Positions 37,238-49,084 of a DNA stretch of 64,000 bases are shown in pieces (position 1 is the stretch's first letter; the number at the start of each line of letters is the position of its first letter). The notes under the pieces are model-generated. The model worked only from the letters and a program-made list of their open reading frames with translations, was not told where the DNA came from and did not search any database. This DNA comes from Squalus acanthias (lineage: Eukaryota). Both the position numbers and the translations under genes were made by a program. The stretch covers positions 155,188,001-155,252,000 of the forward strand of contig CM059431.1 in NCBI GenBank assembly GCA_030390025.1, given 5' to 3'.

Positions 37238-39200
37238 TACGATGCCACCATCCATACCAGTGCTTCTGACATGTCTTCCTTTTTCCTCAACGAGGATTCC
37301 CCTCTATATTAGTTGACACGGCCCTTGACCATGTCCGTTCTATCTCCCGCACTTCTCCCCTCATCCCTGCCCCTCCCTCCCGGAACCACGACAGAGTTCC
37401 CCTTGTCCTCACCTTTCACCCCACCAGCCTCGACATTCAACGGATCATCCTTCGCCACTTCCGCCAGCTCCAGCGTGATGCCACCACCAAATGCTTCTTC
37501 CCCTCACGTCCACTTTCAGCATTCCGTAGGGACCGCTCCCTCCGCGACACCCTAGTACAATCCTCTATCACCCCCAACACCACTTCCTCTTCGCCCGGCA
37601 CCTTCCCGTGCAAGCGCAGGAGATGCAACACTTGCTCTTATACCTCCATCCTTCCCACTGTCCAGGGCCCGAAACAGCCCTTCCATGTGAAAGAGCGATT
37701 TACTTGTACTCCTTGCAATTTAGTATTTTGGGCCGAAAATTGATCCCGGGACGCGAGAGTACGCACTGCATACTCTCGCGTATTCCCACTCCAATTGTCG
37801 GTTTTCTGCATGCCCTGCGCATGCGCTGAAAACCGGCAATTGCTCTTCCGAAAAGGGGGCGGGGCCTGGCTGCATCGCGTGCGCGCTACAGGCTGCGCGC
37901 ACGCTGTGCACTTCATGCTTTGGACGCGCAGGTAAGTCGGGAAGATTTTGGAAATGTAAAAAGGAGGAGTAAGACCCGCTTTTAAGAAGGTAAGTAGTGA
38001 ATTAAGTATTTTTTTGAATTTTTTTTTACAGGTATATCTTTTTTATAGACTTTAAAGACAGGTAAGTTTATTTTTATAACTTTTTAAAAGATTTTACATT
38101 TTTTCAAAAATTTAATTTTTTATTTAAAATGGTTAATTTAATTAACTATACTTATTTTATTAATGTGATGGTTTTTTTTTTAAATTTAATTGAGGTTTAG
38201 CTGTTATTTTGGGGGGGTGTAAGATTCATAAGTCTCACAGCCATGCTGTGAGACTTATGAATGGAAGATGATGTGCTGCCATTGGCTCTAACTGAGTCAC
38301 GTGATCCCACAGCTCGCACGAATTAACTACGCCGCTGGGATCCGCAAGCCCAGCACAGCTGATGTCTGGAACATCAATTTCGTGCGAGCTGGATAAGAAA
38401 AAGCATAAGCGAGATGAGACATCGCGGAAAAGGCTTACCCCCGCGGGAACAGAGCGAGATCAATTTCTGGGCCAATGTATTCGCTGCTCACGATGTGGTC
38501 TCCTCTACATTGGGGAGACCAAGATCAGCTTGGGTGACCGCTTTGCGGAACACCTGCGTTCATTCCGTAAGAGGGACCCCGAGCTTCCGGTCGCCTGTCA
38601 CTTTAACTCACCGCTTCACACCCACTCAGACCTCACCGTCCTCGGCCTCTGGCATTGTTTCACGGAAGCTCAGCGTAAGCTTGAGGAACAGCACCTCATC
38701 TTTCGATTCGGACTTTACAGCCTTCTGGACTCAAAATAGTGTTCAACAATTTCAGGTTATAACCTCGGCCCCTATTATATATATATATATATATATTTTT
38801 TTTTATCCACACTCTTTGTCTGTGTATTTTTTTTTCTTTTCCCCCACATGGGAGCTGTCTTTCATTCTGCCAGCGCAATTTACACTTCATCGAGAGCCAA
38901 CGTTTGTTTCTTAACCTGTCCCATTACCATCTCCTTTTGCCTTGAATATCTCTTAATGTCTCTTAACCTCTTCCGCCTTATATCCTATCACAGACCTTCC
39001 CTTTTGTTCTTTCATCCCCTCACCCCTTTCCCAACCTCAACACTTGCTTAAAAAAATTGGTTTCGTGTCCTGCTTTTTTCCAGTTCTGACGAAAGGTCAT
39101 CGACCTTAAACCTTAATTCTGTTTCTCTCTTCACAGATGCTGCCTGACCTGCTGAGGTTCTCCAGCACTTTCTTTCTTTATTTCAGATTTCCAGCATCTT
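37238..39200 (+). mobile_element. Penelope-like element 3' part (GIY-YIG endonuclease), split by a MITE
   Basis: CIRCSRCGLLYIGETKISLGDRFAEH...RKLEEQHLIFR; terminus ctgacgaaaggtcatcgacc...gatgctgcctgacctgctgag. Confidence 0.88.
37730..38473. mobile_element. Non-autonomous TIR DNA transposon (MITE, PIF/Harbinger-like)
   Basis: Imperfect TIRs gggccgaaaattgatcccg / cgagatcaatttctgggcc. It interrupts Penelope coding sequence (tttagtat | gtattcgctgc). Confidence 0.75.
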
Positions 39201-39284
39201 CAGTATTTTATTTTTGTCTCACAATACTTCTGTGCAGTGCCTTGGGATGTTTTAGAACGTTAAAGGCGCTATACAAATAAAAGT

Positions 39285-42200
39285 TGTTGTTATAAGAAAA
39301 TAAATTGACACCGTGACACATAAGGTGAAATTAGCGCAGATGACTAAAAGATTGGTCAAACAGGTAGGTTTTAAGGAGCGATATAAAGGAGTGAATTAGA
39401 GGTAGAGAGGCGGAGAGTTTTAATGAGGGATTTCCACAGCTTAGAGCCTTGGCAACTGAAGGCACGGCCACCAAGAGTTGAGCGAATATAATCAGGGATT
39501 CGCAAGTGGGCTGAATTATAGGTGCGCATCTATCTTGGGGTGGAGCTGGGAGGCTGGAAGAGTTTCGAGGTAGGGAGGTGCGAGGCCATGGAGGGAATTG
39601 AAATGAAGGGTGAGAATATTGAAATCGAGGCGTTGCTTAACCGGGATCCAATGTCTCTTCTTCTTATGCAGTCCCTCGGAACCGAGGATGACTTGCTTCG
39701 ACACTAAAAATTAGTTCCCAGGTGACTGATGAGTCCAATGCGGTACCTGCAGTCTCTGTCATCGGTGGGGCAGACGGTGGTTGAAGGACCGGGTGGGTGG
39801 TGTGCTTGGTTTGACCTGCGCTCCTTCCGCTGTTTGCACTTGGCATCCGCTTGCTCCCGGCGAAGAGGCTCGAGGTGACCGGCGCCTTCCCGAGTGCTTC
39901 TTTTCCACTTTGTCTGGTCTTGGGCCAGGAATTCCCAGGTGTCGGTGGGGATGATGCACTTTTTCAAGGAGGCTTTGCGGGTGTTCTCGAAGCTTTTCCT
40001 CTGACTTTCTGGGTTTCTCTTGCTGTGTCGGAGCTCCGAGTACAGCTCTTGTTTTGGGAGTCTCGTATCGGGCATGCGGACGTGTGGCCCGTCCGTCGGA
40101 ACTGATCCAGCATGGTGAAATCTTCGATGCTGGGGATGTTGGCCTGAGCGAGAACACTGATGTTGGTGCGCATATCCAGCCAATAGATTTGCAGGATCTT
40201 GCGGAGGCAGCGTTGGTGTTACCTCTCCAGATCTTTGAGGTGCTTGCTGTACTTGGTCCATGACTCCGAAGCATACAGGAGGGCGGGTATCACTACTGCT
40301 CTGTTGACCATTAGCTTGGTGCTGGGTTTGCGGGCCTGGTCTTCAAACACTCTCTTCCTCAGGCGAACGAAGGCTGCACTGGCACACTGAAGGCAGTGTT
40401 AGACTTCGTCATCAACGCCCTTGTTGACAGTAGGTTCACGAGGTTTGGAATGCTGTCCACGTTATCCAAGGTCTGCGAGCACAGGGGTGATGAGTGAATG
40501 GGACTTGGTGCGAGTTAGGACACTGGCACCCGAGTTTAGAGTGACCTCTAATTTACGTAGGATAGAATGTGGGTGGCCAGCCAGGACTGTTTTGGAACAG
40601 TCAAGTCTAGAGGTAACAAAGGCATGGATGCGGGTTTCAGGAGCAGATGTTCTGATGCAGGTTTGCAGACAAGCGATGGTGGAGGTGGAAATAGGCGGTC
40701 TTAGTTAAACCGCGGATACTTTGTCGGAAGCTCCTTTCAGGCTCAAATCTGAATCCAAGATTGCAAAAAGTGTGGTCCCACCTCAGACAGATGTTAGGGC
40801 GAGGGATGGAGTCAGCGACGGGGAATGAAAAAAATGGCTTCCCAATATTTATCTGGAGAAAATTTCTGCTCATCCAGAACTGGATGTCGGACAAGCTGTC
40901 TGACAATTTAGAGACAGTGAAGGGGTCGAGAGAAGTGGTAGTGAGCTGGAGCTGCGTGTCGTCAGCGTAAACGTGGAAACTGAAGCTTTGTTTTCCGCTG
41001 ATGTTGTCAAGGGGCAGCATGTAGATGAAAAATAGGAAGGGGTCAAGCATAGATTATTGGTGGAAACCAGAGGTAGTGATGCGCGAGTGAGAAGAGAAGT
41101 CATTGCAGGTGATTCTCTGTCTATGATAAATAAGAATGGAACCAGACGAGTGCAGTCACAAACAGCTGAACGACGGGGGAAAGGCGTTGGAGGAGTGTGG
41201 AGTGGTCAAGCGTGTCAAAGGGTGCTGAGAAGTCGAGTAGGCCGAGGAGGCATAATTTGTCTTTTTCGCAGTCACAAAGGATGTCATTTGTGACCTTGAT
41301 GAGAGCCGTTTCATTACTGTGGCAGGGGCGGAAACCCGATTGGAGGCACTCAAATATGGAGTTCCAGGAAGGATGGGAATGGCTTTGGAAGGCAACAACA
41401 TTTTCAAGGAATTTGGAGCGAAAAAGGAAGTTGTAGTTGGGGCGTAAATTTGCAAGGACGGAGCAGTCGAGAGTTATTTATTTGAGGAGAGTGGTGATGA
41501 CGGCAGATTTGAAGGAGAGAGGGACAGTACCTGAGGTGAGAGAGTCATTAATAATGTCAGCTAACATGTGAGCCAAAAAAGGAAATGTGTGTTCAGCAGT
41601 TAGCTGGGAATAGGATCGAGCGAGAAGGAACTGTGTCTCATAGACACGGTGAGTGAGAGAGAGGTCAGGGGAGGAGACCAGAGAGAAGCTGGAGAAAGAT
41701 GCGAGTTCATGGCTAGGGCAGAGGGAACGTTATTGAATATTTTCCCGGTTGGATAGGGGAAGGATGATAAGTGGCAGAGGCAGCTGATCGGATGGTCTGA
41801 ATCTTAGTGACAAATACATTTATGAGCCTCTCGCAATTGTTGTTGGAGGTGAGGGTAGAGGAGACAGGAGAGAGAGGTTTGAGAAGATGGTTAGCAGTGG
41901 AGAATAGAAGCAGGGGTTTCTCTTTGCATTCCAGAATGATTTTGGAATAGTGAGCAATTTGTGCAGACGAGAGCAGGACCCAATAATGCTTTCTGCAGTC
42001 CAACGAGAACTGGCGGCAAATGGTTAAACCCATTGACCGCCATATCATTTCAATTCTGCGTCTCTTGGATTAATGGGAGCGATATGAGGGCGTTACCAAT
42101 TGGAAAAGCCAGGGTGAGAAAATGTGATTGATTTAATAGGGAGCCTGGCTTCGAAGGTGGTGGTGTGGGTGTGGTTGAGCTGATCGGGAGCTGTAGAAAG

Positions 42201-42290
42201 TATGTGGTGAAAGGAGGGCCAAAAGCCTGATAGCTGGGATTTCGTAAATGCAGTTTTTAATATAGTTGGGAGAGAAATTTTTCGACACAG
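39285..42290 (-). mobile_element. L2-type LINE, split by an RTE insertion
   Basis: MLDPFLFFIYMLPL...FHVYADDTQL on the minus strand; L2 3' region at about 39285-39655. Confidence 0.85.
39660..40455 (-). mobile_element. RTE (BovB-like) LINE 3' fragment
   Basis: RTNISVLAQANIPSIE...HVRMPDTRLPKQELYSEL...KASLKKC...LAQDQTKWKRS, a typical RTE C-terminus. Confidence 0.8.
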
Positions 42291-42749
42291 AATGAACTAA
42301 GTTTGAGGGGAAAGGGGGATGTGGAAGGATTGTGATAGGGATTTGGGAAAGCAGTATATCCGAAAGAGCAGAGATGAAAGGAGGTATGACGAATGGAGAG
42401 AGCGATCAGGTAGGTTTAGAGAGAAAAGGAAAAAAGAGGAGAAAAATGTGGAAATAGAAGTGAACGGCTCGGGCTGGAGCGGCATACAAAATACACACTC
42501 AAGATCAGCAGGACTCACTGGATTTCACTGGGCAGCTGTCTGTGTCACACCTGATCTGGAGTGGTGATGGTAACAGTCGGGAAATGCTGGTAACTAGAGC
42601 TAATAGTTTGCTGTACTGATGGGTGAGGAGGGCCTTGATATCATGTTTAATAAGGCAACGTTCTGCTTCTCATCTTAATATTTCTGCCTAACCGTCCTAT
42701 TAATATATTTATTAAAGAGCATCAGAACCTGGGAGCGCCTGTCACCGGC

Positions 42750-42813
42750 ATGGCCGAAGTTCGAAACACGGAAAAGGATCCAACAATTTCAGGAATAATG
42801 AGAAATAACAGAG
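42750..42813 (+). CDS. Candidate first coding exon of an NLR (NACHT-LRR)-like gene
   Basis: ggcATGG strong Kozak context; MAEVRNTEKDPTISGIMRNNR+G; phase-1 donor GAG|gtaggt; upstream AT/pyrimidine tract with AG acceptors at 42717 and 42725. Confidence 0.6.
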
Positions 42814-43089
42814 GTAGGTTCACATAACTCATTAAAATATAATTTCTGCAACGACAGAGGGTGCAGATCTCGTGCCGAACCTGCAGCTCACACAGGAAGA
42901 GGGAACAGGACATGAGCTGAGTAAAAAATGGGAAGTGAGTGACCCTCTCGAGGGGCACCGCAGTCACAGGTGCAGGGAGCCCTGAGTATTGGAACGGACC
43001 AATACATACCTGTTTTTTGGGGACAGTAAGCTAGATAGAGCTAGTGACTCGAAGGAGGGTTTTCAAGAGCAACAGTGTGCCTCCAGAGA

Positions 43090-43780
43090 GCAGGAGGCCA
43101 CCCCGAGTTGGGCAGAGGTGAGAGGCATTTGGGAACAAAAATAGGATAGCGATAGTGGTGGGAGATTCTATAGTCAGGTGAATAGACAGACTCGTCTTCA
43201 GCCCTGAGCAGGTGCCAATTGGGAATATGCATCCCTGGTGCCAGAGAGAAGAACAATCTGGGAAGGAAAGGAGAGGAGAAATTACCCATGGTCGGAATCA
43301 GTAACACGGATAGAAATACGTTTATAGAGGTAATATTGAGACTGAGGCACTAGATTAAAGACAAGGTCTCAAGCTGGAGATCTCTGGATTGTTTTGCACT
43401 GGGCCGCTTCATGAGGGAAATATGAGGCAGGTCAATGTGAGACTGCTTGGCTGGAGTAAGGGGCAAGAGTTCAAATTCTTGGGGCAGGAAGGTGAGATCA
43501 GGGAAAAGGGAAGGGACGGCCGCGATCTGAACCCACCAACAACAATGGTTTCACAGAATAGTTGAATGAAGCAGTGGGAAGGGTATCAGCTGATATGATT
43601 AGTGTGACAAATATCCGCATCTGAGACTACAGAGTGGAATTAATGAAGCTGTTAGAGCTGAAACAGTATATTTATGAAATACTGAAAAATTTTGAGCAGG
43701 AAAAAGGAAGGTTGTTTTCGAATAGTGATAGATGAAGTCACCTGATGTTAAAAAAAATGAAATAAACAAGTGTCAATATT
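43090..43780 (+). mobile_element. Very old CR1 ORF1 (esterase-like) remnant, including duplication block Z copy 2
   Basis: Degenerate gcgatagtggtgggagattctatagtcagg (AIVVGDSIVR) and ...ccctggtgccag. Confidence 0.6.
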
Positions 43781-46700
43781 CGGTTGCAGTAAAATCAGCG
43801 GGCGCGGCTGGAGAGCACCAGACTTCGGAGGCAGTAAAAGCAGCGGGAGCGGCTGGAGAGCGCCAGACTCCGGGGAAAGGAAAAACAGCGGGAGCGGCTG
43901 GAGAGCGCGATACTTCGGCGGCAGTAAAAGCAGCGGGAGCGGCTGGAGAGCGCAAGACTCCGGGGAAAGTAAATGCAGCGGGAGCGGCTGGCGAGCGCGA
44001 GAATTCGGGGACAGTAAAAGCAGCGGTAGCGGCTAGAGAGCGCGAGACTTCGGCGGCAGAAAAAGCAGCGGGAGCGGCTGGAGAGCGCGAGACTTCGGCG
44101 GCAGTAAAACCAGCGGGAGCGGCTGGGGAGCGCGAGACTTCGGCGGCAGAAAAAGCAGCGGGAGCGGTTGGAGAGCGCAAGACTTCGGCGGCAGAAAAAG
44201 GAGCGGGAGCGGCTGAGATACAAAATACCGGTGAGTGTAAAGGAGTAAAAAGTAATCGAAGTGTCACGTCAACAGTAAGCAGGTAAATGATTGGTTGATG
44301 AGTATTTCTCTATTTCTCGCTTTTTTCCAAACTTGGGCGTCTAAATTTAAGTACCTTGGTGTAGATTAAAAGATATACGTGTTCCAATGTGACGTCGGCG
44401 CAGGGGAAGAAGCTGATTAGTGAATAGTGATTGAGCGTTGTTTTTTCTTCAATTTTAAGTCTATTTTTTTAAGGTAGTTCATAGTTAAGGTAGTTCGGGA
44501 GACCCAGAATCCGAGAGTTTAAATTTGAGGTAAGAGTTTTTTAATTAAGGTTATGGCAGGGTACCTCAGTCCCGTGCGTTGCACGTCCTGCAGCATGTGG
44601 GAATTCCTAGACGCTTCTTGCAGTCAGGATGACCACATGTGCAGTAAGTGCCAGTGGTTTGGCCAACTGGAGATCCGGTTTTCGGAGCTCGAGCATCAGC
44701 TGGAGGCACTGCGGTGTATCCGCGAGCTTAGACTTACATGGATAGCACGTTTTTGGACGTGGTTACGCCGCAGAATTATAAAGTGCAGTCAGAGAGGGAA
44801 TGGTAGTTCACCAGTCAGAAGAAGGGGGGCAGGCCGGTAGTCAGGAGAGCCCCAGAGTGCATCTCACTCAACAACTGTTATTCTGTGTAGGAAATGCGTG
44901 AAATTGACGGTTCCTCTGGGGAGAGCAGCCAGAGCCAAGTTCACGGCACTGTGGGTGGCTCAGCTGCACAAGGGGGGAGAAGTAAAAGTGGAAGTGCAAT
45001 AGTGGTAGGATACTCAATAGTGAGGGGTGCAGACAGTCGTTTCTGCGGCCGAAGAAGTGACTCCAGGATGGTAAGTTGCGTCCGTCGTGCCAGGGTCAAG
45101 AATGTAACTGAACGGCTGCAGGGCATTCTGAAGGGGCCGTGCGAAAAGTCCGAGGTCGTGGTTCATATTTGTACCAACTACATAGTTAGAAAGATAGATG
45201 AGGTCCTGCAACAAGAATTTAGGGAGCTAGGTAGCAGATTAAAAAGCAGGACCGAAAAGGTTGAAATCTCTGGATTACTCCCGGTGCCACGTGCTAGTGA
45301 GTATAGGAATAGGAGGATAGAGCAAATTAATGCAAGGCGAAAGAGTTGGTGCAGGAGGGAGGGCTTTAGTTTCCTGGATCATTGTGTCTGTTTCTGGAAA
45401 GGTGGGCCCTGTAGAAGTCGGACGGGTTGCATCAGGACCAATATCCTTGCGGGGAGGTTTGCTAGTGCTGTTAGGGGGAATTTAAACTAACTTGGCAGTG
45501 GGGTGGGATACGGCGTGGAGCTATAGTAGGGGGTGATGCGCAGCCAAATATAGAGGAAAAAACAAGTCAGTTTGGAAGTCAGAGCAAATATGTAACGGCA
45601 CAAGTGAGTATGGCAAATCTGGCGGGCATTCATTTCAATGCAAGTAGTCTTGCGAGTAAGGCATATAAATTGAAGTTGTTGATGAACACATGGGAGTATG
45701 ATATTGTTGCTATCACGGAGACAAGGTTGAGGGAGTGCCAGGACTGGCATCTCATTATTACGGGGTATAGAATCTTCAGGCGAGACAGATGTGGGTGTAA
45801 AAGAGGAGGGGGTGTCGCAATATTAATCAAGGAGTCAATTACTGCAGTAAGGAGGGATGATATCATAGCAGGTTCCTCTAATGAGGCCATATGGGTAGAA
45901 CTTAAAAACAAAAAGGGGGCAAGCACTTTCCTAGGAGAGTACAATAGGCCCCCAAACATTCAGGGGCGATAGAGGAACAGATATGTAGGCAAATCTCAGA
46001 TAAATGTAGATGTAATAGGGTAATAATAGTAGTTGTTTTCAACTTCCCCAATAGTAACTGGGATAGTCAGAGTGTGAAAGGCTTAGAGGGTGCTGAATTC
46101 TTAAAGTGCATCCACGAGAGCTTTTTGAGCCAACTTGTAGAAATTCCTACAAGAGAGGGGGCGGTACTGGAACTAATTCTAGGGAATGTAGCGGGGCAAG
46201 TGGTAGAAGTGTCAGTAGGAGAGCATTATGGTGACAGTGACCGTAATACGGTGAGATTTAAGGTAGTCATGGAAAAGGACAAAGATGTACCGGAGATAAA
46301 GATTCTAAATTGGGGGAATGCCGATTTTAATTTGAGAAGGGAGGATCTGGCCAAAGTGGACTGGGATCAGCTACTAGTAGGAAAATCCATATCAGAGCAG
46401 TGGGAGTTATTCAGAAAGGAAATAGAGAGAGTACAGTTCCAACATATTCCCGTATAGGTCAAGGGTGGGACCAACAAGGCCAGGGAACCCTGGATGTCAA
46501 GGGATATACAAGAATGGATTTAGGAAAAAAATGGAGCCTTTTGGCAGATACAAAGGACCAAAAACAGTGGAAGCCCTACAGGAGTATATAATGTGCAGAG
46601 GGGTACTTAAGAAAGAAATTAGGAATGCGAATAGGGGTCAATAAAGAACACTGGTGTGCAAACTAAAGGAATATCCCAAGGTGTTTTATAAGAATATTAG

Positions 46701-47213
46701 CTATAGGAAGGACGTGATTGCTTTGGAAAGGGTGCAGAGGAGATTCACCAGGATGTTAATTGGGCCAGAGGGCTTTAGCTATGAAGAGATACTTGACTGG
46801 CTGGGGTTGTTTTCCATAGAGCAGCAAAGGCTGAGGGGGGAACTGATTGAGGTGTACAAAATTAAAAGGGGAATAGATAGGGTATATAGAAAGGAACTTT
46901 TCCCCTTAGAAGCGGGGTCAATAACCAGATGCCATAGTTTCAACGTAAGTGGCAGGGGGTTTAGAGGGGATTTGAGGAAAAAAATATTCACACAGAGGGT
47001 GGTTGGAATCTGGAATTCACTGCCTGAAAGGGTGGCAGAGGCAGGAACCCTCACAACATTCAACAAGCATTTAGATGATCACTTGAAAGGCCATAGCATA
47101 CAAGGCTAGGGACCAAGTGCTGGAAAATGGGATAAGAATAGACAGGGCTTGATGGCGGGCGAAGGCACGATGGCCGAAGGGCATCTTTTTGTGCTGTATA
47201 ACTCTATGACTCT
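43781..47213 (+). mobile_element. CR1 LINE with 5' monomers, ORF1 and APE, but most of RT deleted
   Basis: ORF1 pieces 44553..45490 (CTSCSMWE, VVVHICTN) and endonuclease 45604-46457 (DIVAITET). The sequence jumps near 46698 to the ORF2 C-terminus. Tail actctatgactct. Confidence 0.92.
43786..44220 (+). repeat. About 9.5 copies of a 45-bp monomer in the CR1 5' UTR
   Basis: Unit gcagtaaaagcagcgggagcggctggagagcgcgagacttcggcg. Confidence 0.93.
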
Positions 47214-47347
47214 AATCCAAAGAATTGGATTTAGGATTGACTGTTGTGCCTGTAAATGTACAAGTCATTCCAAAGACACTTGGAAAGTCAGAGGCATGAA
47301 AGATGTGATTTAGTATCTATAGGACAGGGCCTGGGATTTCACAGGAC

Positions 47348-49068
47348 TGCTGATGATACAAAGCTTGCTGGGACAGTAAGTAGTGACGAGAACAAACAGA
47401 GTCTGCAAAGTGATATAGATAGACTGATTGAGTGGGCAGTAGGGTGGCAAATCGATTACAATGTAGGGAAATGTGAGGTTATTCACTTTGTTATGAAGAA
47501 TGGAAAAACAGATTTCTTTTAAAATTGAGAGAAACTTTCAAATATTATTGTATTCAGAGTGATTTGGGGTTCCTCGTGCAAGAAACACAGAAAACTAGCA
47601 TGCAATAAGGAAGGAAAATTATATGTTGGCCTTTATTGCAATGTGTGTGGAGTATAATGATAAGGAAGTCTTGCTACAATTGTACAGGTTCTTGATTAGA
47701 CCACAACTGGAGTACTGTGCACAGTTTTGGTCTCCTTATCTAAGAAAGGATATACTTGCCTTGGAGGCTGTGCATTGAAGGTTCACCAGATTGAATCCTG
47801 GGATGAGAGGACTGTCCTATGATGACAGATTGTGTAGAATGGACCTATAATCTCTGGAGTTCAGAAGCATGAGAGGTGATCTTATTCAAACATACAAGAT
47901 CTAAAGGGGATGGACAGGGTAGATGCTGAGATTTTGTTTCCCCCGCTTGGAGTGTCTAGAAGTATGGGGCATAGTATAAGGATACGTGGTAGGCCATTTA
48001 AGACAGACATGATGACAAACTTCTTCACTCAGAGGGTTGTGAATCTTTGGAACTCTCTGCCCCAGAGGGCTGTGAATGCTGAGTCTTTGAATATATTCAA
48101 GGCTGAGATACATAGATTTTTGGAATCTTGGGGAATCAAGGGATAAAGAGATGGGGCGGGAAAGTAAAACTGCGATCGAGGACAGGCATGACTTAATTGA
48201 ATGACTGAGCATGCCGATAAGGCCGGTAGGCCTACTCCTGCTCTTGTTTCGTATGTACTTTGTAGACAGGGGTAATGTAGTAGTAGTAATATATCTGTAT
48301 TTATAAAATGCCTTTGATATGGTATCACATAATAATCTAATGAATGAGGTGAATGCATGCGGAGTCGTGGAACACGTAGCAGAATGGATAGCGAGGTGGC
48401 TGCAAGAGAGAAATCAGAGAGTAAGGGTAAAGGGTAACTATTCAGAGTGGCAGATGGTGGATAGTGGGGTTCCACAAGGATCAATGCTGGGACCACAGTT
48501 GTTCACAATTTATTTCACTATTTAGAATTTCGAATCAAAAACACATTTTCTAAACTTGTAGACAACATCAAATTGAGAGGGAAAGTCAATACTGAGGAGG
48601 ACTTCAAGAAATTACAAGAATACATGAATAAACTTGCAGAATGGGCATATATTTGGCAAATGAATTTCAACATAGATTAGTGTGATGTATTATATTTAGG
48701 TAAGAAAAGTAAGACGTCACATATTTTTTCGGAAATAAGAATTTATATGGGGCAGAGGAGGAAAGGGATATCGGAGTACCAATACACAAATCATTAAAAG
48801 TTACGATGCAGGTCAATAAGGCCATAACAAAAGCAACCAATCACAGGGGTTAAATTGTAGATGGATAGAATTGGAAAGTAGAGAAGTTATGCTAAACTTT
48901 TATCGAACCTTGGTTAGACCACACTTGGAGTACTGTGTACAAATTCTGGCCATATCATAGAAAAAGCATATAGAGGCACTGGAGTAGGTGCAAGAAAGAT
49001 TTACAGGGATGCTACCAAAACTGCGAGGTTATACCAATCCGGAAAGGTTGAACAGGCAGGGTCTCTTA
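47348..49068 (+). mobile_element. Two adjacent CR1 fragments (47348-48258 and 48260-49068)
   Basis: ADDTKL through to the 3' UTR, then a second degenerate RT fragment. Confidence 0.82.
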
Positions 49069-49084
49069 ACGTTAAAGTGTCATT

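Noticed and set aside
43732..44286. 184-aa Ala/Gly-rich repeat ORF and its antisense ORFs
   Set aside because: They arise from the 45-bp monomer array in a CR1 5' UTR.
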